DNA of 63,669 bases, counting the filler, from Choristocarpus tenellus KU-1152 (taxonomy: Eukaryota > Protista > Phaeophyceae): NCBI GenBank assembly GCA_964200185.2. It is 9 parts of 9 records of this genome, joined end to end, with 100 filler letters (N's around TTAATTAATTAA, not from the genome) between each part and the next. Parts side by side here need not be neighbours in the genome. Positions count along the whole stretch, not along the records: positions 9,658 to 15,446 come from CAXNAD020009749.1; positions 15,547 to 21,443 come from CAXNAD020009476.1; positions 21,544 to 27,385 come from CAXNAD020009620.1; 6 more parts are not named here. One strand, written 5' to 3'. Positions within the stretch are counted from its first letter, which is position 1, and every line of letters begins with the position of its first letter. Below the pieces are notes generated by a model that had not been told where the DNA came from, made no database searches, and saw only the letters and a program-made list of their open reading frames with translations. The position numbers and the translations under genes were made by a program. Of this stretch, positions 12,566 to 25,275 are shown in pieces.

Positions 12566-14101
12566 CTGAAGGGTCGCCAGTGTTCTCTTCGCTGGGCTGG
12601 CAATAGGTGTTGAGCCATGGGGGAGATGAAGTAGACGAGCTTGATGAGTAGGAAGAGTCGAATTATAAACTGCCTTGATTTTCTCGTTGAATATTTGACC
12701 TTGTGTTTGTGTCACTAAAGACGGCCTGTAACTCAACTATGAAAGATCCTTCACCAAGCAAAAAACAGAGAAAAGACCAAGGGAATAAAATTTGACAAAA
12801 ATGTTGCGGTCCTCAGGAACTTGAAGAGGGGGTCTTGAGTTGAACCTACAACATGAAAAGTGGACACTTTCTCATGTCACACGTTCAAAGACAGTTTGTG
12901 TACAGAAAACTAAGAAATGTGAGGTGATGTTGTGTCAAACTTGAGAACACATCCTAGAACTAGACGGCATCTCACGCCTGTGCTTCTCATCGAACACAAC
13001 GCCAGTTGACGATTTCCTCTACTGCCATGCCGAGGCATACGAGATTTTCGGTATATCTTGTTTGTAGCATCAAAACGCTTCATTTTTGCATCAAAACGGT
13101 ACGATCGAGCAAGTAGCGTTGAAGAGGATAGTAGTGCTCAAGAGTCTGCGGTAGCGATGGGGCCATCGACAACTACATTTTTTCTCAACACCATAATAAT
13201 CGTGTCGCTCATCAGGAGGAAGGTACTCACAACATAAACGACGTCCAAGGTGTAGGCGAGGCCGAGTTGTCAAACTTGCATTTTCTTGTTAACTGATTGT
13301 TGTTGCATGTGACGGCGCCAGGAATTGTTGTGCGAGTGAATCCAGAAACCAAGCCCAACCAGATTACAACTAGAGCCACTGTTAAAGAATGACGGTGGGG
13401 TGCTACTTGGCAAAACGGCATGATGGATCAATCAGTTGTTGGTTGATCTGTGGACCCAATGTCAGGGGGTCAGGAAGGAGGCTGCAGTTTTGAGTGTTGT
13501 CATGAATGCTAACTAAATAAGGAGGCGTGTTCGCTTGGTAGAGAAAAAAGGATTCGATTCATAACATCACATAAAAGTCTAGGAAATTCATTTTCCAATA
13601 TTTGTATCAGATTCCTTTCTCTACATTTTCATGATGATCATTGTGACACGAGGCGAGGTCCAATCAGTCGTACGCCCCATCCAAAGTACGACCATCGTGA
13701 GGCAGGGTTCAATCAGTTGCGGGGGATGTTCATGATCTCCAGTGGTGTCAGAGGCAAGTTGGTTCAACAAACCAAAAATGTTTCACATGAAATCTTTGGA
13801 CCTGAGTACTGAATTGGGTGGATGACGTCACATCATTATGACTACAAATGACAAGTGGTGTGGATATTCTCATCATTTTTGTGCTTGATGTTGATGTGAG
13901 CGTCATCGATGACAAGGCATCATAAGTGTGCGCGCATTATACTTTGTGTACGCGCGGAAATGGATTCGACTGATACAACCTCTAAATTGAACCTCTCCCA
14001 TCACAATTGTTATTATTACGAAGTAATATTTTTTTCAGAGATGGTGGTGGATGCTTTGACTTCTGGTAAGAGGTACATACTTCTCATATTTTAACTAAGG
14101 A

Positions 14102-14345
14102 GAGAGGATAGCCAGGTTTGGACCCTTTTGCATTCTAAGCCATCTTTCTCACCCCATACAATACACCCTACTTCATTGCTTCATGTGGTTAACAGTCTTC
14201 GAAAAGTTCATGATATTACCCCTTTCCACACACAAAGTGACAGCACAATTCAGCAAAGAAAGACTCTTTCTGCAATTAATTGTACAAAATGGAGACCTTT
14301 TACCCTTTTTTGGGGATCCTTGAAATGCAAAGTCGCAAACTTCTC
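14102..14345 (-). mobile_element. MITE family D, diverged full-length copy
   Basis: Reverse-complement similarity to 9037-9269 (CCCCTTTCCACACACAAAGTGAC...ATTGTACAAAATGG...GGATCCTTGAAATGCAA); GAGAGG...CTC ends. Confidence 0.75.
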
Positions 14346-15230
14346 AATGGGTTTGACTCACAACAGAGAGAGGTGCTAGACACACTTCACTACCTTTCAT
14401 ATTGCTATTATTATTCGGTCAATTTTTGTCTGGAACTTCTCACAGTACCTCCACCCTACCTACCCACCTCATAGATCAGTGGTCAGATAGCAATGCACAT
14501 TGCACGAATTCTCTTACACTACGAACAACGTTTCGCACTACAACTATAATTAAATGTACTGCCTGGTGCATGCCTTGATTTTTTCTTGTACGTGTTAGGT
14601 TCAGCAGGCTTTCGGTTTCATATTTCTGTACTTCATATCATATTCTGCACACTCCCTCATGAGAGTGGAAGTAAACAAAACAAAACACAGGTTGCTTCGA
14701 CTCTCACACACTACATTAATCTCATCAATACAGTGTCTAAGAAGTATTCTACCTACCTGCTTCTTCCGTAGTCACCTTGATAAAATGTTGTAAGTTGCAG
14801 AGCAGTAGGTATGTACTTCACTTCAAAAATTCCTTGGTTCACGTACTCCCTTGTACATTTCTACTCTATGTTTTCCATGCATTCTCACCACTCATTACCC
14901 CACCTCCTTCCCTCGAGTCTGTTGTGTACTCTCTCTGTTTGCATGAATCTACATCACCTTGATGATCCAGATCAAAATGCGTGTCATTTTTTTTTGTTTA
15001 GCACAAGATAGTATGGTACAGATTCGCCTTCCCAGTCAATACACTTGCCATGTGGTCCATTGAACGAACCCTAATTTCCTGTGAAGAAAATCTTGCCTCT
15101 GCAACCAGAGTTCCAGCCCAGGCACTCCAGTAGTAGTGACAGAGTTCAAGCAGACAACCATTTGACCTATGCAGAGCTCACTAACTACTAACTGTTACAC
15201 TATGCAACTAACTATAGGGCCTCTGTTCCT

Positions 15231-15410
15231 GGCTTAAAGTACCTGGGGAAGGGTGGCGGCTATCCATTTGGGGTCAATTTTTTCGTGTCGCGATTTTTGG
15301 GTGATTTGGTTGCATACGTCGGATGAATAATGTAAATGCACTTTCCTGATTTTGGACCAAATAATGGACACCCTGGTGTAGATCCCCCCCCCCCCCCCCC
15401 CCCCACCCCC
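15231..15410 (+). mobile_element. MITE family A copy running towards the contig end; a matching right terminus lies at 15547-15588
   Basis: GGCTTAAAGTACCTGGGG...TCCATTTGGGGTCAA...GTCGCGATTTT...TGGACACCCTGGTGTAG-(C)n. The next contig starts with (C)n-AGATAATTTGAACC. Confidence 0.85.
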
Positions 15411-16276
15411 TTTTCGCCCCCCCCTCTGTTTCTCTTCCCTGGTTGTNNNNNNNNNNNNNNNNNNNNNNNNNNNNNNNNNNNNNNNNNNNNTTAATTAATT
15501 AANNNNNNNNNNNNNNNNNNNNNNNNNNNNNNNNNNNNNNNNNNNNGGGGTACCCCCCCCCCCCCCCCCCCCCCAGATAATTTGAACCAGGGCACCTTGC
15601 AGTGCGTCAAGGGACAAAATAAAGGTATACACTATCACACGCCGTGACTCAAACCTACGGTTCTTGTTTTCTCTTTAATTATTCTTTCTGCTCTTGCTCT
15701 TGTTCTCAAAGCATCGCCCTTACTATCAACAGAAAATTCCGGTATTTTTATTGTTGATCACAATGGTTAACATGCTTTGGCACAACAGCACGTTCGGCGG
15801 GTCTTCTGACTCGGTTCCTCATTCAAGTACAAACAGGAACACAATTTACTGATATCCCTTCAGAAAAAAAGGGTAAAAATAAATAAATAACTGGAGGTGG
15901 TATGCTCCCAAAAATTGCGTAACCACATTAAAAAAATATATATTCTCTTCCAATTGGTACATGACAGTTCCACAAAAAATATATATTCTGAGCAGAACAG
16001 AAGAACAATTTATCGGGACACAGTAGCCGAGCTTGCACAATGGAGTACAAAAAAAGAGAAGCATATGTATCTTGCAGGTACATTATATGCACATATTGTA
16101 AGCATTCACAATAATAAATAAAAATGTATACACAAAACACAACTTAGTACTTTTTTGTGCTTAGATATATGATCACACGGGCATACAGAAGAGAACCCCA
16201 CAGGACAGAATCAATACGTTTACATGAAGCGATCTCGAGGTGAGGGAGACATAGTCACTGCATAGGCTTAAAGATG

Positions 16277-16281
16277 ACACA

Positions 16282-16319
<38 letters not shown>
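16277..16319. repeat. (CA)n microsatellite; a second one at 16536-16553
   Basis: Directly visible dinucleotide run. Confidence 0.95.
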
Positions 16320-16323
<4 letters not shown>

Positions 16324-19300
16324 AAAACACACACAAATGGAGGGTTACCTCCAAAACAAGACACCGTCATCAGATCCTGTTTTCTCACACCACAGTAGAC
16401 ACCCTAACACTAAAACCCTCAACACTACCGCAACACCATCAATCACACAAAAAAAAATAAAAAAATGTCCCCAACAGGAGCCAAAGAAGGGATGGTCAGA
16501 GCTCCTAGCCCTCAATGTTACCACAATACAATCAAACACACACACACACACACAAAATCAAATATCTTCCCAACAGCAACCGACGGAATCATCGGAGCTG
16601 ACGAGGCCAGCCCTCTCTGTAGGTGGGGGAGGGGGGCTCTGTATCGTTTAGCACGATGCACTGACCTGGGATCGAAACATGGTGAGGGGAGGTGCAACCC
16701 CATCATGCCTCCTTATGGCAGCAGCATACTCTTCCCTCATATTGCGGAGCCTGAGTATCGCACTGGCATTGTAACATCACGGGCAAAGGGTGCTTGTTTT
16801 TGCGCTTGGTGGGTGAGCATTGATGACCGACATTCGATAAGAGCATACTACTCTGTGACATTCAATGACATGCCGTCTGATATGTGCGCGTTTGATCCAT
16901 CGCACTCATGTAGAAGGCGTGCGGCCTGCTTTTACTTCACGCTCTTCTTTGCTATTGCTGTTCACTGTAGCAATTGGCGCCCTGTGCTGGGGTGGGTTCT
17001 TCCCTTTACCGGTGAGTTTGAAATGAACTGAAAACTGCGTAGCACTGCATGACTTGCACTTTCAGTTGGTTGTACATACAATGGCTTCTAACGTACACTG
17101 TATTCAGCTGCAGGGCACAAACATAGATACATAGATACAGATATATAGATACATAGATACAGCTTCTGCTGAGAAGATCAAGTATTGTAGTCGCAACTAT
17201 GTTGATACATCTAAACAGTGCCTGCATTGAGGAGGTATTGGGCAGTGCCGATATCTTCAACCTGTGGTAAGATATAGATGAGTACACCACTAAACACGTA
17301 TGATACGCCAAAAAAGGTGTTTGTCTTTAGCATATCTTACGGATGTGCGATCGAGTACAAGGCACTGCAGTTGTGCAGGGAAAGGGAGTCAATCATTAGG
17401 TGGAAAAAGCGTAAAAGAGCATTCAGCAATGAGGAATGAGTAAAGGAGTGAGATAGCGAACCTATTTCCCTATCAGTGCTGGCAATGGAAGAGGGATTGC
17501 CACAACGGGGCAGGTACACCGTGGATGGCCTATTGTTACACCTCCCAACAAGAACACATTACTCTACTGCACTCAGAATCAAGAGTCGGTAGGGCACACT
17601 GTAAGATATTAGATGGAAATATCTACAACCCATTTTGATATCGCGCTCTGGTTAAGGCAATCGGCCGAGGCAAATATAATCGTACACGGATTACCATTAC
17701 AGTTTCAGTTAGTATTGTTCAAGGTTGCCAAGCATTTCAACCGATTGACCAAGTACAACAACCAATCACCATTAATCTTGTAAGAGACAGGGCAATCGCA
17801 GGGCCATACCAAATATGAAGTTCAATGCATAACGAAGATGTGACAAGAAGATACAACTATTGGCCAGTGTCGTTCTGTGTTCAATCTTAGGCACGTACAC
17901 CTGGAGGCAGCTATCAACTTGGGACTTTTCGTTAAAGGTCGCCAAGGTGTTGGGGACGCTCAACAGGTGTTGTGGAAGGAGCAGGAGAAAGGAAGCAACG
18001 GCTACCAATCTTTCGATCTCATGTACAGCAAAACTTTGGTACAAGGCTATGGCACGAAAGGTAAAGTCCTGTAAGGAGCAGGGTACACTACCTTTCGGAG
18101 GCTTCCTCAACTTCGGAGTGCTTGCGGCGCGCCTCATGGGCCAAGCCCCGTAGCTCCTCCTCCACGACACGGAGGAACTCCATCTGAGGTAAGACAACAA
18201 TGGATAGGAGTGTACGACACTGCAATGAGGGTGCATGACGCCAGTGACCAATGAGTGCTGGGTTGGTAGTTGAGAGTGACTGCCTCCTGAGTTACGACCA
18301 AGTAGGTCGGTTGCAACTAGGGCAAATGGCATCGCCAGTACCAACGTGGTGCCCCCTTTCATTGGTTACATGCTTCATGTCAAGGAAAATATCGCTGAGG
18401 GGATTGGCAAGAACAAAATTATTGACCCCTCCTCCAAATATGCGGAAGGAACTTTGAAGTGTTTATTGCCCCTACTCAGTCTCAAACTTCCTCTCCAAAC
18501 TATAGCACATCCAGCAACGCCTCTGTAGGTATGGCCTCCCACCTTGGAAGGAGGGTTGAGCGGAAACCCTGTGCAATGATCCCCACAGAAGAAAGTATAG
18601 GATAGCCTGGCCACCCGAGAGGCCTCTGGACTAGTTACCTATAGGATACTCCCCTCAAAGTCTTGCGCAGCGGCAAGAAGATGGGGGAGATACCCCAAAA
18701 AATTAAGCTGTCGGCAAGCTGGTCCCACGACTTCACCCTTAACCTGAGCAGAATTAGGTTTGAGGGAAGTAGGGAGGTTCGTGCTCGTGCGCACATCACA
18801 CGCGGTTTTCGTCCAAAAATATACTTCATATTACTATTGGTTAAAGTTGTTCAATACACACCATCTCCACACACAAGGATGTTCTAACCACTTTTTCGGG
18901 AGATGTTCATGTGTGTGATCTTGCTGTATTGATGGGCGGCTATACAAAAGTGCACAAACGACGTCACCAAGTATGGATTTCTTTGGTTAAACCCGCTGCC
19001 AAACACAGGGATGGCAAGTGTCCCTCGGGGATATTTTACTTGGCTTGCACTTTTAAACCCCAGCGATCAATGCTTTTTAGAGGTCTGAAACTGTTTGCAC
19101 CTGTATTCTATGTTCGTACTTGTTTTTCTTCTCTTGAGGTGCCAGAAATTGGGGTTTGTATGCGATCGTCCAGACAAAAACTGCCTTTGCAACCTACTTC
19201 TTAGAACTCGAAGTAGTAAGGGTGTCATTCAATATCTAGTGGTCTCCTGTGCATAAGAACTTTCCCTTCATCCAACCTTTGGGCACAAGGAAAATGTTGG

Positions 19301-20597
19301 TGATGGGAGATTCGGGATCCTCAATCTAATCAACACAACCAGTGGGACCACGGTGGGAGTGTAATTAGCGCTCTGTTTGCGTTACTGTTCCTCAGACGAA
19401 CATATTGCGAAAGTTTTTCTTTTTCTCATGGGTCTCCCTTGCTACGTCCTCTTCTGTGTTTGATGCCTATACCTCACGTTGCAATTATTCCTTTACACTT
19501 TGTGGACAGAATTAAACTCACTCAGGCGCAAAAGTTGCAGTCGTATTGAGTACTCGTGTGTCTCGCTTCCAAAAACCATAATGGGCTACTACTAACCGTC
19601 GATTGCTGTATGGCTAGGATGGGCGCTCCAGGGTCGAAATCCTGTGCGTGGATAACAAGGGTGGACTGCTCCGGGGGGGAAAGAGGAGGGAATGCTCCAA
19701 CAAAGTGAAGCTGCTGAGATCTAGCACCCCTGAGACTAAAGGAACAGCAGGGGGCTGTGCTGTGAAATAAGAGGAGACAGGTACGCCACTTCACAGCATC
19801 AGGAGGAGGAAAAGCATAGTAGGGGCTGTACATTGTATGTGCGGAGGGAAAGAGGAGGACAAGCTCCATCTGCTAGAATTTGCAGTGCTCCAACAGCACC
19901 AAAAGGAGTGGTACAGTGGGAGGTTGTGCCTGGGTAAAAGGGATGGGCTAGCCCAAGGGGGGTGTCTGCCAATATATGCAAATCTTGGTTAAGAAAGACG
20001 TTTCTATGTAGTGGTGGGGTCTGTGCATAAATTTGACCTTCATAAATTCTAATAAGGTATTCTTAACCGTTAATACTATAACTAATACAGGATGTAGATT
20101 GAGAAGAAGGCATTGTCTGTGCTTTACCACATGGGACACACTGGTGAAAACCCTGTGGCGTGCCTGACAATAAATCAATGGCCATCTAGAAGGAAGGGTA
20201 GGTGTAGATTTGAACAGATCCTTCAAGGAAAACAGGTTTGACTTTGGCACAGACTACTCAGAAGAGTTCCAATCAGTACGATTATATTGGTCTAATATGT
20301 CGGAAAAGACCCTATGACTATCGTATATATATATATATCAGTCTGCATGTATTATCTCTTTGGTTACATCTCACAGACAACAGAGGGAAAAAAGGATTAA
20401 CTCACACAAGGCCTATTTTCCGCACTCCCAGATAGGAGTGGAGTCAGAAGGCTACTGAAACTCTCACAATCATACCAATATAGAAATGGTGAAGTTATCT
20501 AACTACTTCTGATATATATTTTTGGTCAGGATTTAATTCTGAATGGAAAAAGTAATCAAGAATGTTCTTGTCTTGGTTGTGGTACTGGAGCAGCTTA

Positions 20598-20772
20598 TGC
20601 CCAAAGTATCTGGGGGGGGTTGGTGGCTGTCCATTTGGGGTCAGTTCTTTCGTGTCGAGATTTTTGTGTGATCCTTTGCATATGTCGGATGGATGATGTA
20701 AGTGCACTTTTTCTTATTTTGGCCTAAAATGGACACCCTGGTGTAGCCCCCCCCCCTCAGATACTTTGGGTC
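20598..20772 (+). mobile_element. MITE family A, full copy
   Basis: TIR CCCAAAGTATCTG(G)n ... (C)nTCAGATACTTTGGG; conserved body. Confidence 0.9.
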
Positions 20773-21335
20773 CCTACTGGTTTGTACCTGTTTTGTGACT
20801 GTGAAAGAGGAGCTACCTACCAAAATTCCTGCGTAAGTTTACGTGAGTCGATATCCTTGTCCAAAATTCAAAGCGATTTCTTCGTCGATGAGCTTCTTGT
20901 ACTAACAAAGTTCATGCACATGAAGGAGGGATCTTCTTGAAGATAGAGGACAGGTTGCACTACGTATGGTGGTGTTGAATGACACACCCAGTGCAAGTCG
21001 AGGTAAAATCATGGAGTGTTCTTCATTCTACATCAACGTGGTTAAACTTGGGTAATTTCCTACCACCTCGTCTCTTGTTTCAGACTTTTTTAGTGTTACC
21101 GCAATCCATTTTATATGCATTCTACAACTGTAGAACATCCACAAGTTTATTCTCAACCCTACATCACTACTAGTACATAATACGAGAATGACTTTCCCAC
21201 CTCGAACAAATTTAACACCCGAAAATCTACACTCCTTCGAATCGTCTAACCACACAACTTGTTTTGAACCATCAACCCAACATTCGACCCTGTATAGACC
21301 TATATGAGTCTAACTCATTACTTCAAAACAATACA

Positions 21336-21443
21336 GGTGCCTCCCTAGCTCCCCCCCCCGGGGCACAGGAGTAGGTAGATGGGAAGCAAAGGAAGACAGT
21401 AGTACAATATCTGATAGTGGTGAAGTAACTGATAGATTAGTGG
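21336..21443 (-). mobile_element. Fragment of the copia LTR (same family as 49048-49365)
   Basis: Reverse complement of ~49056-49165 (CCACTAATCTATCAGTTACTTCACCACTATCA...CTACCTACTCCTGTGCCCC). Confidence 0.88.
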
Positions 21444-21543
21444 NNNNNNNNNNNNNNNNNNNNNNNNNNNNNNNNNNNNNNNNNNNNTTAATTAATTAAN
21501 NNNNNNNNNNNNNNNNNNNNNNNNNNNNNNNNNNNNNNNNNNN

Positions 21544-22460
21544 ATATCTTCCAAACCAGCCAACTTCTCCACCTCCGCATAACCAACATGTTCACCACCT
21601 GGTCGGAGGATGCTCAGGGCCACCACAGGACCCTGCCCTCCTCCCCCCCTCCCCTTCCCCTTTCCAGTGCCCCCTTCCACGTTGTCTCTTCCCCTGCCCA
21701 AGGGTTGAATTCCGGACCAACTTTGGAGTTTGATGCCATTGTGCACACTACCACTGCAACCATTGCAGTCAACTTGACCTCGAACAAAACCCCTCTGCCG
21801 ATGCTCTTGACTCTCCAACAACTCAACTCCATCCCTACAGACTCCTGACCCATCTTCCATCTCATCACCTGTGCTCTTCCCCCAGCACCCATAAAAGCGA
21901 CAAACAGGGTCGCCGTTGTAGTGTTTAAGTGAGGCCAGGCGACTGTGAAGGTGATGGGCAAGGGATGCTGTGTGAGCTGCTATAGCCCCCATTCCACCCA
22001 AGCATTGGAGTGTCCCAAAGCCAGCCTATGGGAGGGGAGGTGGATTGGTTTGATTTTTTACCAGAAATGGATGAGGGAAGGAAGAGAGACACATTTCGCA
22101 GTGGAGATGGTACACAAGTCTCAGGGAATGAGCAGCAGGTGACTCAAGGGTGAGAGAGAAAAGGAGGTGAAAAGAAAATTCCACTGCATTGACTTCTAGC
22201 AGTTAGCGCTTGCCTAGTGTCTGAGACTTCGCTTCGTTCAAGATTTAAGGAGCTAAATTCCCACCTCCCCCCAAATACCTCGCCTTCACTACCTCAAACT
22301 ACCCAAGCACCACCTCCCCTCACCACAAAAGATCTGCATCTCCCGATCTACCTCCTTCGTCCCAAGCCCCACAAAGACACAGAAGTCACAATAAAAAGAG
22401 CACCCCTAAATCTTCATCTCAACCTTCCAACCCCAATTGCACAATGCAACCCTAGCAGTG

Positions 22461-22528
<68 letters not shown>

Positions 22529-23109
22529 TTCGTTTTAGATGCCACTACTCACCTCGAGGGAAAGTACTCCCAAGAAGTGCTCCGTCCCATCAGTCATTCT
22601 TTGGTCTGGCTCAGGGCGGAATGCCCGAAAAGGGGATGTCGCCATGGCTGCCAGAACGGTGCCGCCCCCAAAGTAGCATTTACGCAGTATGCTCGCAGCC
22701 TCATTACGAACCAGTAGTGCCCCGAGACCAGTGGGATAGCTGTAAGGACGCCGGATGTATACATGAAGAATGTACAAGCAACAAGGATTTTGAGTTGAAT
22801 GGATTTGATACGGTGGAGGAGGCGTTTGGGTGGGGTTGGTTTGGCGTTTGATACGCCTCTGCACGGTCCAAGGTTTGATCGTGTTTGGTTGGTTGATGGG
22901 ATATTTCGGGGGGTTGTTGAGGAGGAAGAGTTCAACGCTGACACATTCTTGATGCGTATTTCTTGCAGTCCTTCGGGACACATCCTGTCGCCTTCTTGCT
23001 TCGAACTAGGGGGAAGGGAAATAGCACCATGTGTAGTGTAATCTGTAACGTGGAAGGTTTCTTCAGCGATTGAGACAGATGCAGGCTTCAGATGCACTTG
23101 AAATGTGTT

Positions 23110-23147
<38 letters not shown>

Positions 23148-25275
23148 CAACACCATACACACAACCTCATTGCTCCTGTGATATATATATATATATATAT
23201 ATACCCTACTCACTCCATCCTGCACAGTCTGTACTAACACGTATCTTATCATGGTATCAAACAAGTCCCACCACTAAACCTATGCCTATGTATTCCAAAC
23301 AACAAATCTGCTCCTTGTCCCTCACACTTCAGATATCGACTTGAAGTCAATATACCTTTCCCATTATGCTACAGAGTCGAATATCCACCTTCCCATTTTT
23401 CTATCATGCCCTCTGCTACATTTGTGAAGCGCTTCCTAACTCCCCTATGCAGGACAGCCTATAGGTTGCTCCACCATTTACACCCTTTGATTGCTAAGGC
23501 GCAAGATTTTGATCCTGAAGAGCAGGGCTAGGGAAAGGTTTGGGCTGGTGTTATTATTCTGAATAGAAGCTTTACAAGAGGAAAACTGACTCTTGATATA
23601 TAGTTGACCCCTCCAAGACCCCTGATACGGTTGATTGCAAAATAAAACCTTAACGATGAATTTGAAGACGAGTCTAGGATAACAAGGGATAGCAAGACAA
23701 GGGAAGAATGGAAAGAAGTGTACATGTGAAGACAGGCCCTGAAAGGCACACAATATCAACATAGCATCACTTAGAAAGACTCAGCACCAGTGCCCCCCTT
23801 CCCCCCCCCCCCCCCCCCACCACCACCGCATCCCACCCGCACACCCTCTTGAAAAATATGGCAACAAAGTCCACATCAACATCTCCAAGGTTAAGCGAAG
23901 CCGTGGCCGCATACTTGGCAGCGTCTAGCAAGACCCACCATTTCTTAACTGTTCTGCCTACCTCTCTCTCCTGAGATACCATACTGCCAGAAACTTCCAC
24001 TCTATGTGTGGCCCCATCCCCATTGGTTATCTCCGCATTTGCATTTTCAATCTCATCTCCTTCTTCCACACCAACCCTTCGCTTCAATCCACCTCCATCA
24101 CCCCATCCTTTCCCACCCTCCTCTTTGCCTTCTCCTTCTCTATCAGCACGAGCGATACTCTTGGTCAACATCTCAAGCCCTCCTTGCCTCTTCACGAGTC
24201 CAGCAATACTAAGATCTGGGCGAGCACCAGTAGCGTTGCATTCTGCAGGGAAGGCATATAGACAATGGGCGATATTATCACCACCACTTTCCTTCAGCTT
24301 CCTGCCTCTACCCCTGACCTCATCACACTCCATCCCGTCCAGCCTCCCGTTCACAGAATCACAATACTTAGGATCCTGAAGATTACCCTCCTCCCCGTCC
24401 TCCTGGTACCAGCTCAAGCTTCCCTCAACGTCCGCTGCCTCGTTTCTACCCTCCCATCTAGTGGTTGGAGGCGAAATACGTTCCTGACTCAGTTCAAGGC
24501 TGCCGAGTTGGGGGGTGTCGTGGACGCATATCACTCCAGCTCCACCAGCGCGAGCATACTCTCTTATACCCAGCACGCTGTTATGGCTCACCATGGAGTG
24601 GGCAAAAAAGCTATGATTGGACCACGGGAACTGCTCACCTACGAGTTTGAGGGAAGCTGTGGCTCCGGAGGTGAAGACTACACTCCACTCGGACGGGTTA
24701 GCACCAAAGTGCTGGAGAACAGCGAGTCGTACCGCGTCTATCCTTGAAGCGGTCACGGACGATATGGGACCCTACTGGATTTGAGTGGACAGACACAGAG
24801 AAGAGCGCATATGCTGGAGAGGCTGTGTGACTCGTGCACATCTAGGTTGTTGGGGCTTGAATGCTTGTTTCGCATATCCCTTCTTACACCAGCTTAAATT
24901 TACTGTGGGAGTGGAAGGCACCTTGTCAGTCAATATTTTGCAGAGAACACACTGAAGGTGAGAATCAAAATAATGTCATTGCACCTGAGAGTGCGGGTTC
25001 CCATGTACCGCACCAAGCAACCCTGCACTAACTTCGTGAAGTTGAGATGCCCCAAATAATGTCGCTCCAGCATGATCGAGGTACACGAGACCCTTGCCCT
25101 TCCCCTGGATCCCTTTTCTCGACCCTGTTAACAGATGAGGAAAGTCGGTGTCCCGAATATCATCGATGCATGGATGGTCATTGCTCCCATCGGACTTCCA
25201 GTAGCATGATTTGCCATACCGATACCCATACCCATACTCCGGGTTCACCTTCAAAAAATTGTTCTTGCTGTCCAT
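21544..25275 (-). CDS. MOCOS: Molybdenum cofactor sulfurase (ABA3/MOCOS-like), N-terminal PLP-dependent class-V aminotransferase domain; exons 25275-24985, 24771-23837, 22739-22553, 22025-21544 (cut by gap; MOSC domain not seen)
   Basis: Motifs YLDHAGATL, GNPHS, VVFTSGATASLKLVGEQFPW, HNSVLGIRE, LYAFPAECNATG, WWVLLDAAK, YPTGLGALLV, YFGGGTV, DGTEHFLG, QGPVVAL, VGYAEVEKLA. All three GT-AG introns are phase-compatible. Confidence 0.93.
22462..22527. repeat. (CA)n microsatellite in a MOCOS intron; another at 23112-23146
   Basis: Directly visible. Confidence 0.95.

Noticed and set aside
13640-13725. Two GAGGC..GGT(C/T)CAATCAGT CCAAT-like motifs as a promoter
   Set aside because: Only two short imperfect copies and no defined transcript start; insufficient support.
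16560-16618. GCCWEDI as the missing MOCOS CWDD exon
   Set aside because: Only superficial similarity; the expected RTGCFCNPG and GAVRVSFG motifs were not found in this contig.
16173-16651. ORFs with CVCVCV/THTHTH runs (also 22217-23344)
   Set aside because: Translations of (CA)n microsatellites.
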